64,000 bases of DNA from a virus, in IMG/VR virus record IMGVR_UViG_3300037483_001478, positions 71,989 through 135,988 of that record; one strand, given 5' to 3'. Shown one piece after another: positions 26,445 through 36,203 of this stretch; the first letter of the stretch is position 1, and every line of letters starts with the position of its first letter. The notes beneath the pieces were generated by a model that saw only the letters and a program-made list of their open reading frames with translations, did no database searches and had not been told where the DNA came from. The position numbers and the translations under genes are program-made.

Positions 26445-29344
26445 TGCTCACCAAGCTGGCCACTTTTTCTCCTTTCGCGCCCGACGGGGACCCGCTTGTG
26501 CGGGTTTTCCACAAGGGAGATTCAATTCAGAAGGTGGCTGGGCATATGCTGCCCGAGATCCGGGATTGGCTAAGCTGCTACACACCTCCCAAGAACAAGC
26601 TGGCGGTGCTCATCCACGCTTTGGGGGCCACAGAGTATTACGGCCAAAACTCGAACGGCGATGCGTTTTACGAGGACGCGCTCATCCACGACTGTCGGGG
26701 TCACAAGGAGCACGCGCACCCCATTGACGATTTCACCGGTAAGATCATCCCACCCTATGGCTATTGGACCTTCGAATTCGCGCACGCCTTTCAGCATCAC
26801 CGCAACAATGACCCTACCCGCGCATTCGGCAACGTACAGCTAGCTTGCTGGCATCCGTCCATGAAACGGGTCGAGCTCGTTGTGGAGATCGACCGCGACC
26901 TCGCAATGGCGCATGGGGCTCAAGGCGTAGTTGATCGCATAGATGCGGGCGAGCCTTCAGCAACATCGATGGGCTGCCGTGTTCCCTACGATGTGTGCCT
27001 TATCTGTGAGCACAAAGCCCGTACCAAAGACGAGTACTGCACCTGCGTAAAGCAGATTGGGATGGGGAAGATCCTCGATGACGGGCGGCAGATAGGTGTA
27101 GCCAACCCTCACCCGCGCTTTTTCGATATCAGCTTCGTCTTCGTCGGTGCAGACAAAACCTCATGGGCCACAGCTAAGCTGGCCAGTGCTGGGAACATCC
27201 CACAGTCAGTGCTTGACGCAGAGCTCCTGTATGGACCGCCAATCGCACAGGAAGGGCTGGTAAAGGCCGCCTCTTACGAGATGCCTACAGAGTCTCGGAC
27301 GTACGAGGTAGCCGGGCACCCGGATACTGTCAAGACCGTCGATAAATTCCTGCAAGTGGTCCAGCATTTGGGCAGTATCGGGGCGAGTAGATCTTTAGAG
27401 GTGTCGGTGGACGGAGACGGCCCCGAGCGCTTATCCGTAAAAGGCACAAAAACGCCCCTAGATCGCAATTCTTTGGAGTCTGCAGTAGATCAGGACACTG
27501 TGCCTCTTCGCGCGATAAAGAGCGCTGCATCCGTCTCGGAGTTCTCTGGGGAGTCTATTGAGGAGGGGACGGGTCTCCCTTTGCGCCACCAGCTCGTGTT
27601 TGGCGAAACCCGCGATGGCTCCGGCAGGGTTATCGTCACTCGCAAGGCCCCACCTCCCGAGGAAACCACAACTCTGCTCCTCGGCAAGCCAGACTACCAG
27701 GAGGACTATCCCGGCGATGAGGATAGCATTCTTCGCTTGACGCACCCTGACGACTACCGGAACAAGCAAAGTTCAGTGGACCTTACAGACCTCATCGAGC
27801 GCGCGAAGTACGTTAAGGTAGGCCCCCCTCCTACGCCCAATCGTAAGGAGTTCCCATTCGTGGGGGCCCTCAACTTCCGAGGACTGGAGGTCCATGTAGA
27901 GCAAAAGCAAGGGGATGTGCGCGAGGGTACTAGCTCGTCTGGCAAGAAATGGCGTACGGTGATGAACTTTCCATACGGAGAGTTCAAAGGGAGCCGTGGC
28001 ACAGATGGAGACAAGCTCGACGTTTACGTCGGGCCTTACCGTAATGCGCCGAATGTCTACATCGTGCACCAAAACCACCCTCGAGGCCACGGTAAGGCAG
28101 GACACTATGACGAAGACAAGGTGATGCTCGGCTTCCGCTCTCCTGAGGAAGCAAAGGCAGCATACCTATCTCAGTATTCCAACGACTCGTTTTTTCGATC
28201 TATCACCACAATGTCATTTAACCTTTTCAAGCGCGCACTTGAGCGCAAAGAGGTGCATGGGCAAAAGGTGGCAGGCTATCGGCAACTGATGACGAAGGTA
28301 GCGGAGGAGCTAGCTCTTGAAGACTTGTTTGCGCAGCCTTCGTTACAGCGCCAGCGCGTGTGGAGGTCTCTTGGCGGCAAAGAAGTTCGGGCGACAGGAT
28401 CGGGGCTGTCGAAGCTATCCTCCGCCCGAATAACGGCTCAAGAACTCTTGAAGTTGTCCGATGACAAGCTCGCGGATCTGCGCAAATGGGCGGACATCGT
28501 GAAGGAGATTGGCCCCAGTAAGGCAGTGGGTCAGGTAAGCCCTGCTCTGAGCGACGCGGAACCTGACTTGCCAAAAGAGCTGCTGAACGTCATGGGGAAG
28601 ATGCCTACGGCAGGAGCTCTTGCAACGCCTTCTTTGCTAGGCATGGTGCTGAAGCCCCGGGAGTTTCAGCGAGTGATGCTTACGGGCTGCGGCGAGCAAG
28701 AGCTTGCAGATGACCTGGACGCGCGCAATGCTCAGTTTGAGCCAGATCCCTTGACGGAGCATTGTCCTTGCCAGAGTTTGCAGAGTTCTGACCTGCTGCC
28801 CAAGCTCCTGTCTGTCCTGTTGCCTTTTATCGGGGACCGGTCGTACGCTACTCCTGTCGTACGCCGCCGCATCATCAACATCACTCTTTCGCCCACGGCG
28901 GCGAAAAATCCTTCATCTTTTGAAAAATCACCACTTCTCTCAAAAGTGGCAGCCGCCTACAATTGGTACCGCCGGGAGCAATTGAAGCTCGCAGCGGACA
29001 TGCCCAGAGTAATAGCAGCAGACCCTCAGATTTACAGTCGGATGTTCGGCATGGACCTTGAGGGTATGTTTGCGAAAGAAGCTATGACACGCGGCCAGCT
29101 TTACGGTACGTTAGGAGCGATTCCATTAACCCTCATGTATTCCGCTCACCAAAAGGAAAAGCGTATGCATGGGGTACCTCTTGGGGTTATCGATTCATTT
29201 GCGGCCGACCACCCTTGGGTGAGTTCTTTAGGAGCGGTAACAGGGATGAAGCATCTTCTTACCAGTCCCTCTACTGCAGTCATGAGAAAAGACTTGGGTG
29301 ATTTTGGCCGTAAACTATGGCATGGAGTAGGGCCGCAGGCATGA
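26444..29344 (+). CDS. Prohead (maturation) protease polyprotein with Zn-binding insert and an embedded inorganic pyrophosphatase (InPase) domain
   Basis: Assemblin/HK97-type protease-like motifs FQHH, ATSMGC, FDISFV; CLIC...CTC insert; InPase motifs YG...GTDGDKLDVYVGP and YDEDKVMLGF at 27851-28240. Confidence 0.72.
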   Translation: MLTKLATFSPFAPDGDPLVRVFHKGDSIQKVAGHMLPEIRDWLSCYTPPKNKLAVLIHALGATEYYGQNSNGDAFYEDALIHDCRGHKEHAHPIDDFTGKIIPPYGYWTFEFAHAFQHHRNNDPTRAFGNVQLACWHPSMKRVELVVEIDRDLAMAHGAQGVVDRIDAGEPSATSMGCRVPYDVCLICEHKARTKDEYCTCVKQIGMGKILDDGRQIGVANPHPRFFDISFVFVGADKTSWATAKLASAGNIPQSVLDAELLYGPPIAQEGLVKAASYEMPTESRTYEVAGHPDTVKTVDKFLQVVQHLGSIGASRSLEVSVDGDGPERLSVKGTKTPLDRNSLESAVDQDTVPLRAIKSAASVSEFSGESIEEGTGLPLRHQLVFGETRDGSGRVIVTRKAPPPEETTTLLLGKPDYQEDYPGDEDSILRLTHPDDYRNKQSSVDLTDLIERAKYVKVGPPPTPNRKEFPFVGALNFRGLEVHVEQKQGDVREGTSSSGKKWRTVMNFPYGEFKGSRGTDGDKLDVYVGPYRNAPNVYIVHQNHPRGHGKAGHYDEDKVMLGFRSPEEAKAAYLSQYSNDSFFRSITTMSFNLFKRALERKEVHGQKVAGYRQLMTKVAEELALEDLFAQPSLQRQRVWRSLGGKEVRATGSGLSKLSSARITAQELLKLSDDKLADLRKWADIVKEIGPSKAVGQVSPALSDAEPDLPKELLNVMGKMPTAGALATPSLLGMVLKPREFQRVMLTGCGEQELADDLDARNAQFEPDPLTEHCPCQSLQSSDLLPKLLSVLLPFIGDRSYATPVVRRRIINITLSPTAAKNPSSFEKSPLLSKVAAAYNWYRREQLKLAADMPRVIAADPQIYSRMFGMDLEGMFAKEAMTRGQLYGTLGAIPLTLMYSAHQKEKRMHGVPLGVIDSFAADHPWVSSLGAVTGMKHLLTSPSTAVMRKDLGDFGRKLWHGVGPQA

Positions 29345-29417
29345 GAGGACATTCATCCTTGGAGACGTGCCGAGCGCTAACGAACAAACGGAAAAAGCAT
29401 CCAAGGAGATTTGCATC

Positions 29418-30248
29418 ATGGGTATGAACCAATTCCTCGCTGAGCTTTACAGCACCCCCGAAACTGTCGGGGCGGACTCTTCTGACGTTGCGAAGCTGGC
29501 AGAAGCACAGATCCTCACCGACGCGTTGAGCGCCGAGGGCATCGACGTCAACCAGCTCCCCGCCGACGCCATTTTGAAGGTAGCCTACGAGTTGTTCGGC
29601 GACGACAGTGCTATCGTCAAGTCGGCGGCGGAAGCCGAGGGTGAGGGCGCTGAAGGCGAGGGCGGTGAGGGTGGCGAAGAGCCCAAAGACAAGAAGAAGG
29701 AAGACGAAGAAGAGTCGATGGAGGAGAAAGTCGCGCAGGCCGACTTCTTGGGCCGCGTGATGGCGCACTCCTTCGTACAGGAGCAAGGGCTCATCCAGAA
29801 GGAAGCCGGGGTAGCCGGCCTTCTTGCGAAGGGAAAAGGTTTGGCAGGAAAAGCCGTAGGCGCGGTCAAGGGAGCGCCTGCCCAACTCGCAGAAAAAGGC
29901 CGAGCTATGCAGGGAAGCTATCAGGGAGCGCGTCGTGGCGCCGAGTTCGGCATTGGCGGAGCGGCCCCGATGGGCAAAGTACGCTCGGCTCTCCAGGTCG
30001 CCAAAGAGCACCCCAAGACTGTGGGCGGTGCAGGCCTCGCCGCATTGGGTGGAGCCGCGGCCGCGGCAGCCGCCGCCAAAGGCTCCAAGAAGGAAGGTTC
30101 TGCCCTCGACGTGCTTGCGGAGCAGCGCGCTCTCGAGATCCTGCAGGAGCATGGCGTGGGTGTTCAGGATGAGCAGCAGAAGTTGGCCAGCGCCGTTGAG
30201 CAGCGCGCCTGGGAAATGCTGCAGCAGGCGGGGTACGTGGAGAGCTGA
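29418..30248 (+). CDS. Scaffold-like/internal head protein
   Basis: AAGGAG RBS before ATG 29418; acidic linker plus Ala/Gly/Lys-rich cassette; between protease and capsid genes. Confidence 0.65.
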   Translation: MGMNQFLAELYSTPETVGADSSDVAKLAEAQILTDALSAEGIDVNQLPADAILKVAYELFGDDSAIVKSAAEAEGEGAEGEGGEGGEEPKDKKKEDEEESMEEKVAQADFLGRVMAHSFVQEQGLIQKEAGVAGLLAKGKGLAGKAVGAVKGAPAQLAEKGRAMQGSYQGARRGAEFGIGGAAPMGKVRSALQVAKEHPKTVGGAGLAALGGAAAAAAAAKGSKKEGSALDVLAEQRALEILQEHGVGVQDEQQKLASAVEQRAWEMLQQAGYVES

Positions 30249-30526
30249 TGTTCCTCTTCTCGGACATGGTGGAGGGGTTTGCGGGCGAGCTTCGGGGCAT
30301 CGTGAAGCTCGCCCAGGCAAACTTCGTGGTCCCTACTCCCCGCGGTGTGGGCGGCCAGGGAGCTAACGTTGTTGCCAACCCCCTACCGAGTCCTGGTATC
30401 AAGTCCACGAATACTCCAAAAGTAAAGTCGACGAACTACTCAATGGTTCACGCAACTGCGCCAATGGCGGCACTCAACGCGGCTTCCGGTTCTAAATCGG
30501 TCCCGCCGCCGCCTGTGAGAACCTGA
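30248..30526 (+). CDS. Small hypothetical head-region protein
   Basis: TGATG overlap; FAGELRGIVKLA motif. Confidence 0.65.
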   Translation: MFLFSDMVEGFAGELRGIVKLAQANFVVPTPRGVGGQGANVVANPLPSPGIKSTNTPKVKSTNYSMVHATAPMAALNAASGSKSVPPPPVRT

Positions 30527-30538
30527 AGGAAAGGCCGC

Positions 30539-32467
30539 ATGAAAACCTCAGTTTTCGATATGGTCCGCCAGGTGCTTGCCGATTCTCGTGAGAAGGTAGC
30601 CAGTGCTGCTGCCCCGGCACCTATGCCAGCGAGCATCGCGAAGACCGCATCGGCGGCTCAACCCGACGCGACCCTCAAAGTCAAGACAGACCTTGGGGAG
30701 TTTTCGTATACAGACCTCGACAAGCTGGCTTCGGCTTGTGACTTCTTGGCGGGTAACCTGCACAGGGTAGTGGACCAGCGCACCCCGGCAGAAAAGCTGG
30801 CCGAGTACGCTGAGATCCACGACGCCTTGCTCAAGGAGGCAGTGGACGGTCCTGACTCGCAAACCACTCAAGCAAACCCCGACTCCCAGCCACCGGTGAG
30901 CCCGCCGACGGGGCCCGGCGTGGGCCCTGGCGGGCCCGACTCGGCAATGCAGGTCACCGAGACCAACACTCCTGGGACGTCGCTGGACGCCGGTCAGAGC
31001 GGAGAAGCCACGCCGGCCAACAAGGTTCCTACGGTGGTCCCGCCCAATGAGAGTGCCTATTCGACAGATGCGGGTAACGCGCTTGAGACCAACAAGGGCA
31101 TGATGATGCCCCCTCAGCCTGAGGACGTGCTCAAGCAGGCAGCACAGATGCTCAAACAAGCTTTTTTTACTGAGGCTGCAATAGGGGCACTAAACGCTCC
31201 CGAGGGGGCCAACAAATGGCATGGAGCAGCCCGAGGACTCGGCGGAGGCCTAGTCGGAGGCCTGGCTGGCGGAGCGGGCGGTGCAGGGCTTGGAGCGGGC
31301 GTAGGAGCTCTTGCTAGCCTAGCGTCTCGAGGACGTATTCCCTTGAGCACTGGAGCAGGCAGAGGAGCTCTTGTAGGATATGTACCGGGAGCGCTGGCTG
31401 GCGATATTTACGGCGCTTACCGCGGTGGAAAGGGCACTCCAGTTTCCAAAAGCAAGAAGGAAGAGGCGGCGCAGCAAGAAAAGACGAGCGCCATCGCCGG
31501 TAGCATCCGCAACGTGGCTCAAAGCCTTCGAGGCACCACTGCCGCGTCCCGACGCGCCGCGGCAGTGAAGGCAAGAGCTACGCCGCAGCTCTCACAAGCA
31601 GCTCGGGGAGCCACGCCCAAGATGAACCTGTCGCAGGCGTTCGCGCCTATCAAGGCAGCTGCCCTTTTGGAGAAAGCGGCCGAGCAGGGGATGTCAGTTC
31701 CGCATACCCTGCAGGTTCTGAGAACGACAGCGGACCCTGAGGTGTACGCGGCAGCGGTTGATGCGGTAAAGCAAGCAGAAGACGCTTTGTTCCCCGCTCA
31801 GATCTCGGCCGGTACCGAGCCTGTTCTCCAGTCGGCCGCCGGCGCGCCGAGCTGCCAATCCCAAGGAACCGAAGCAGGTGAGGGAACTCCGCGGGAGACC
31901 GCGCCCAACACCGGTGAAGGTTCAGGTCGGCAGTTTCTGTCCGACAATGACGCAGCACGCAACATGACCAAGGGCCAGGCCAAGTCCCAGAACAAAGGAC
32001 CTTTGGCAGAGCTCTTGACCGAGCCCGCCCTGTCGGCGGCACACGACACAGTGCTTCAGCAGTCGCTGGATAACACCTCCTCGGCAGGTGTGAAGATTTC
32101 TGCGGCTCGGGAGCTTATTCGGCGGCACATGGCAGCTTCGCCGTCCAACGCTCTGAAGGTGGCCAACCTCGTCAAGAAGGCCATGGGGGAAGAAGGCATC
32201 GAAGACACACCGGAAGCAGCACCGGTGCCCCCAGGAGACGAAGGTGGGGAAGACCTCCCCATGGAACCCCCGTCTGACGCGGCCATGGAAGCCGCCAGTG
32301 CTGGGGTAACACCGGAAGAGCTGGAAGCGGCGCAGATGTTGTTGGCCTCCGCCGGCGAGGAAGAAGAACCCGCCGAGGCCCCTCCTGCGGGAGAGGGCGA
32401 TATGTCGCTGGAGAGCCAGTTTGGAATGGGCCCCTCCGCGACACCAACCCCTGGCCCGATGATGTAA
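30539..32467 (+). CDS. Large low-complexity scaffold/internal head polyprotein
   Basis: GAAGGAAAGG RBS; Pro/Ala/Gly-rich; many K-x-A sites; glycine-zipper cassette ~31150-31490; acidic C-terminus. Confidence 0.7.
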   Translation: MKTSVFDMVRQVLADSREKVASAAAPAPMPASIAKTASAAQPDATLKVKTDLGEFSYTDLDKLASACDFLAGNLHRVVDQRTPAEKLAEYAEIHDALLKEAVDGPDSQTTQANPDSQPPVSPPTGPGVGPGGPDSAMQVTETNTPGTSLDAGQSGEATPANKVPTVVPPNESAYSTDAGNALETNKGMMMPPQPEDVLKQAAQMLKQAFFTEAAIGALNAPEGANKWHGAARGLGGGLVGGLAGGAGGAGLGAGVGALASLASRGRIPLSTGAGRGALVGYVPGALAGDIYGAYRGGKGTPVSKSKKEEAAQQEKTSAIAGSIRNVAQSLRGTTAASRRAAAVKARATPQLSQAARGATPKMNLSQAFAPIKAAALLEKAAEQGMSVPHTLQVLRTTADPEVYAAAVDAVKQAEDALFPAQISAGTEPVLQSAAGAPSCQSQGTEAGEGTPRETAPNTGEGSGRQFLSDNDAARNMTKGQAKSQNKGPLAELLTEPALSAAHDTVLQQSLDNTSSAGVKISAARELIRRHMAASPSNALKVANLVKKAMGEEGIEDTPEAAPVPPGDEGGEDLPMEPPSDAAMEAASAGVTPEELEAAQMLLASAGEEEEPAEAPPAGEGDMSLESQFGMGPSATPTPGPMM

Positions 32468-32498
32468 GCGGCAAACGTCAGAGAAAGGATCAGCCAAA

Positions 32499-32858
32499 AT
32501 GCAAAAGATCAGCTCTCAGGACGCGGCTACCCTTCTCAAGCAAGCGGGGGCCGCTATTCGCGCACTGAAGGCGGAAAACAGCGGTCTCCGTGAGAAGGTA
32601 GCCTCTGGTGAGCGAGAGAAGCGGGTGGAGAAGATCGCACGCGAGATGGAAGAGAAGGGCTTGAGCTCTGACCTTTCCTTCGAGCAGAAGATCGCTGCCG
32701 TCCGCAAGGCGCCCAATTTGGAAGTCACTGAGGAGGCCATCAAACTGGCTGCCCCTCAGGGCAACTTCTTCGGGCAGATCAACGACGAGGACGGCCCCAG
32801 CGGGGTCGGTCTGAGTGCGTTCGAGCAGTACATCATCACGGGCGAGGAAATTGGGTAA
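32499..32858 (+). CDS. Coiled-coil scaffolding-like protein
   Basis: AAAGGA RBS; heptad-like LKQAGAAIRALKAENSGLREKVAS; upstream of decoration and capsid genes. Confidence 0.65.
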   Translation: MQKISSQDAATLLKQAGAAIRALKAENSGLREKVASGEREKRVEKIAREMEEKGLSSDLSFEQKIAAVRKAPNLEVTEEAIKLAAPQGNFFGQINDEDGPSGVGLSAFEQYIITGEEIG

Positions 32859-32906
32859 CCAGCATCCCTGAGTCAAAAACACGTAGTACGAGGAGCGGAT
32901 TGAAAC

Positions 32907-33362
32907 ATGGCAACCAACAACTTCAAACTGACCAGTGAATTCCAAACGCTCGGCCGCCGCTCGTTCCCGTTGGCGGATCCGACCATTCTCAACCCCACCA
33001 ACGCCCAACCTCTGGTCGACGGTGAGTGGCTGCAGTTGAACACCTCCTACCAAATGGCTCGAGGCACCGTGAACCCGGCGATCGTTCCGAGCTTCGCGTA
33101 CTTCGCCGAGCAAGGGCGCTACGAGACCCAAGCTTTGGGTAAGGGGCCTTTCCTCTACCTGAATAGCTACGAGGCCGACACCCTGATCATGGACGCCACC
33201 GGCCTCGTGGTCGGCGACGCGTTGGAAGTGGCCGACGTCACTATCGGTGGCATCGTGCGCCGCGCCCTGCAGGAGTACACCTCTGGCCTCATCGTGGGCT
33301 ACGTGACGCGCCTGCCCGCGAACAACAACAACTACCTGCGTTTCTTCAAGACGCTTGGCTGA
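32907..33362 (+). CDS. Probable capsid decoration (cement) protein
   Basis: 151-aa beta-rich protein directly upstream of the major capsid protein; GAGGAG RBS. Confidence 0.55.
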   Translation: MATNNFKLTSEFQTLGRRSFPLADPTILNPTNAQPLVDGEWLQLNTSYQMARGTVNPAIVPSFAYFAEQGRYETQALGKGPFLYLNSYEADTLIMDATGLVVGDALEVADVTIGGIVRRALQEYTSGLIVGYVTRLPANNNNYLRFFKTLG

Positions 33363-33418
33363 TAGGTGCCGATGGCGGCCCTAGAACATTCTGAAAGGCA
33401 CAAGGAGCAAGAAAAGTC

Positions 33419-34543
33419 ATGAGTATGGTTCAAGCAACCCTGGAAATGTTCAGCCAGCGCCTCGATACCCCCGAGGGTAGGACGAAGACCGCAGAGTACG
33501 CGGGCTCGTGGATCCGAGACAAGCTGCGCGAGGTATCGTTCTGGCGCAACGTGATTCCACCGGAAAACGTGACCAAGAACGAATGCCAGCGGTCGGTCAA
33601 TCACGACACGTTGCTCAAGATCGTCGACATCGAGCCCCGAAGCCGGGCGATGGCCATCGATTTCCGCTCGCAGCCGACGGCGCGCATCATCGACGGCAAG
33701 CGCTACGAAATCCCGTTCTTCACGATCGCCTCGGAGAAGTTCGAGAAGCCGGAGCAAGAGCTGCTGGCCTATGAGATGCCCATCACCAAGATCATCGAGG
33801 ACAACTCGGTGAAGGATATGCAGGAGATCGAGGATCGGGAAGGCCTGCGGCACACCGAGTCGTCCGTCCAGGCGATGCAGACCGAGACCAACACGGTCAC
33901 TACCACAGAGTACAACGCCACCAACATCCTTGCGGCGGCGGCCAGCACGACGGCGGTGTCGATCATCAAGGGCGAGCTCGCTCTTGCCGGCGGCGGCGTG
34001 GACTTTGCAGTGCGCCCCGTCCAGCGCCCAGATTTTGTGAACCTCTTCAAGGTCCTCGACGGGCGTCGCCTGCGCTCCGAGCGCGTCCTCATCACCGAAG
34101 TTGACCACGACGACGTGCTGCAGTGGACCGTTGAAGACTTTGGCGACAAGATCCAGTCCGAGACCGTGGTCGACGGCTACAAGTACAACACCCTGTTGGG
34201 CCGCAAGGTGATCCGCACCATCAAGACGGACATCCTGCGTGCGGGCAATGTGTACTGCTTCACGGCTCCGCAGTTCTTCGGGAAGTTCTACATCCTGAAC
34301 AACACGAAGTTCTACATCGACAAGATTGCCAACATCATCACCTGGATGAGCTGGGAAGACATCGGCACGGGCATCGGCAACATCGCAGCATGTGCCAAGC
34401 TTGAGCTCTACCGCGGTTCTGTCCGCCCAACGGCGACAGACACCGGCTTCGAAGCGCGCATTCCGGCCGAGGAAGAGGCGCTGGGGGCGGAGAACAACAG
34501 GTTGGCCACTGGCCTACGGTTCCCGCAGGTCTCCCAGTACTAG
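33419..34543 (+). CDS. Major capsid protein (HK97-fold)
   Basis: 374 aa; strongest C/G-ending codon bias in the window; AAGGAG RBS; position after protease/scaffold/decoration; followed by a long hairpin. Confidence 0.75.
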   Translation: MSMVQATLEMFSQRLDTPEGRTKTAEYAGSWIRDKLREVSFWRNVIPPENVTKNECQRSVNHDTLLKIVDIEPRSRAMAIDFRSQPTARIIDGKRYEIPFFTIASEKFEKPEQELLAYEMPITKIIEDNSVKDMQEIEDREGLRHTESSVQAMQTETNTVTTTEYNATNILAAAASTTAVSIIKGELALAGGGVDFAVRPVQRPDFVNLFKVLDGRRLRSERVLITEVDHDDVLQWTVEDFGDKIQSETVVDGYKYNTLLGRKVIRTIKTDILRAGNVYCFTAPQFFGKFYILNNTKFYIDKIANIITWMSWEDIGTGIGNIAACAKLELYRGSVRPTATDTGFEARIPAEEEALGAENNRLATGLRFPQVSQY

Positions 34544-34575
34544 GTCTTGTGTTGGCCGAGTACACCTGTTCCTAG

Positions 34576-34609
34576 GAAGCCCCTTGGCGTAACGGCGCCA
34601 AGGGGCTTC
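34576..34609 (+). terminator. 14-bp perfect hairpin after capsid gene (no U-tract; terminator or mRNA 3' stabiliser)
   Basis: GAAGCCCCTTGGCG / CGCCAAGGGGCTTC. Confidence 0.55.
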
Positions 34610-34627
34610 ACTCGCAAGGAGACCAAC

Positions 34628-35239
34628 ATGGCAATCCAATACGTCCTTGTGCGGCACATGGCGCGCCATGCCAGCACACGCACGGCTCGCGCTTTGCGTA
34701 TCGGTTCACGCAAGCAGCGATTCATGCTTGCGGACGGTACAAGTATTCGGCGAAAAGGACGGCGCTACTCGCAAATCCTGCTGGATCAGGCGAGAGCCGA
34801 GCTCCCTAAGCTCATCAAGGCCATCGAAGAAGGCTACCTAGCCTTCTACCACCCCGACACCGAAGCCCTTTTGACGGTAGAGGAACTGACGGCTCTTGTA
34901 GGATCCCCGTCGGCATCCGAGCCCACAAAAGGTAAGATCGAAAAAGCTCCCGAAGACTCTTCAAAAGCTCCCGAAGAACCCTCGCTAGGCACGAAGGAGC
35001 CCGACGAGGGTTCTTCGCCCGCTCTCGGTAAAGAGGGAAGTTCGCCAGAGGCTGGGGAGGCCGAGGCAGCTGAGGGCTTGGAAGAGACGGAAGACGGCTT
35101 CTCTCGGGATGACCTGATGGCCATGAAGCGCCCGGAGCTCGACACCATTGCGCGCGAATGCGGTATTACGAGCCCCGAAAAGTTGCCTACCAAAGGCGCG
35201 GTGGTGGATGCGATCTTTGCAACCGCTGCCGAAGACTAG
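34628..35239 (+). CDS. Hypothetical protein with C-terminal Rho-N/HeH-like motif
   Basis: AAGGAG RBS; C-terminal SRDDLMAMKRPELDTIARECGI...KGAVVDAI; such genes are common after phage capsid genes. Confidence 0.6.
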   Translation: MAIQYVLVRHMARHASTRTARALRIGSRKQRFMLADGTSIRRKGRRYSQILLDQARAELPKLIKAIEEGYLAFYHPDTEALLTVEELTALVGSPSASEPTKGKIEKAPEDSSKAPEEPSLGTKEPDEGSSPALGKEGSSPEAGEAEAAEGLEETEDGFSRDDLMAMKRPELDTIARECGITSPEKLPTKGAVVDAIFATAAED

Positions 35240-35248
35240 GAGCAATTC

Positions 35249-35653
35249 ATGCCTTTTCAGCGTATTTGGAACCTGACCGATGACCCCTCGCGGAGCAAAG
35301 AGCCTCTGTCGATTATGGTCTTGGGGAAGGTCCTTCACCCAGGAGGCGCGTTGGAAGTCGACGCTACCCGCCTGAAGAGTGCCAAGAAGGTGCTCAAAGA
35401 CGTAGAGGTGGGCAGGCTATATCTGGGAATGGCCCCGCCCCTCAGCTATCTTACGCGCAAGCGCCGGCCCGGTAAGACGAGGCTGCCAGCCGGGGTGACC
35501 CGATCCCACGGCGAGGGCAAAGAGTCTGTAAAACCAGAGGCACCCAAGGTCGAGGTAGCAGAGCTGCCTGAGGATTTGCCTTTAGCAGCCTACGGCAGCT
35601 CTCACATTCCCAGTTTTGCTGGGGAGTCCAAAGGGAAAAAGAAGAAGGGTTAG
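35249..35653 (+). CDS. Hypothetical protein
   Basis: AGGAG RBS; basic C-terminus. Confidence 0.65.
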   Translation: MPFQRIWNLTDDPSRSKEPLSIMVLGKVLHPGGALEVDATRLKSAKKVLKDVEVGRLYLGMAPPLSYLTRKRRPGKTRLPAGVTRSHGEGKESVKPEAPKVEVAELPEDLPLAAYGSSHIPSFAGESKGKKKKG

Positions 35654-35656
35654 GCC

Positions 35657-36178
35657 ATGTCCAGCTTGAGCGGGTCCGATTCTCAAGGCGGTATTCCCGA
35701 CCTGAATGACCCGCTTCTGCGGAAGGTGGCGGAGTACGTACGGGAATACCTTCGCGATTACCCTGAACTCAATCGACTCACCGCGGGCATGGACCATAGT
35801 CCGCGGTTCCTTGTCTGGGCTGTTCTTGATACTTTGAGCGACTGGTCTGCTACGCCTCCTTTCATCGGACAGAATCTGCAGCTCATCATCTCTCGCAATT
35901 GGATCAGTCTGTTTGCGCGGGGAGTGGCTATCACAGCCATGGAATCCCTAGGGATTCTGCACATGCGCAATTACTTGGCGTACTCCGACGGCGGAGTGAA
36001 CGTGCAGACTGAGAATCCTCAGATGATCAACGCTTGGCTTCAGATGATGAAGGCCGAATACGAGACAAAAAAACAGCGGGTCCTCATTGCTCTCAACATT
36101 GAGGGCCTATTGAATGTGGGGGTAGGAGGCGTAGCCTCGGAATACTTCTACTTGAACTCTTTTTTTGGGCAGTATTAA
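35657..36178 (+). CDS. Putative head-tail adaptor (neck) protein
   Basis: 173-aa helical protein in the neck position; YSDGGVNV motif. Confidence 0.5.
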   Translation: MSSLSGSDSQGGIPDLNDPLLRKVAEYVREYLRDYPELNRLTAGMDHSPRFLVWAVLDTLSDWSATPPFIGQNLQLIISRNWISLFARGVAITAMESLGILHMRNYLAYSDGGVNVQTENPQMINAWLQMMKAEYETKKQRVLIALNIEGLLNVGVGGVASEYFYLNSFFGQY

Positions 36179-36203
36179 GTACGCCAATAGCACTGGAGCT
36201 GGC

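Noticed and set aside
29280-30320. 346-aa minus-strand ORF and many other antisense ORFs (e.g. 33332-34108, 52204-53025, 63122-63742 on +)
   Set aside because: They lie fully opposite well-supported genes with strong codon bias; typical GC-rich shadow frames with no motifs or RBS.
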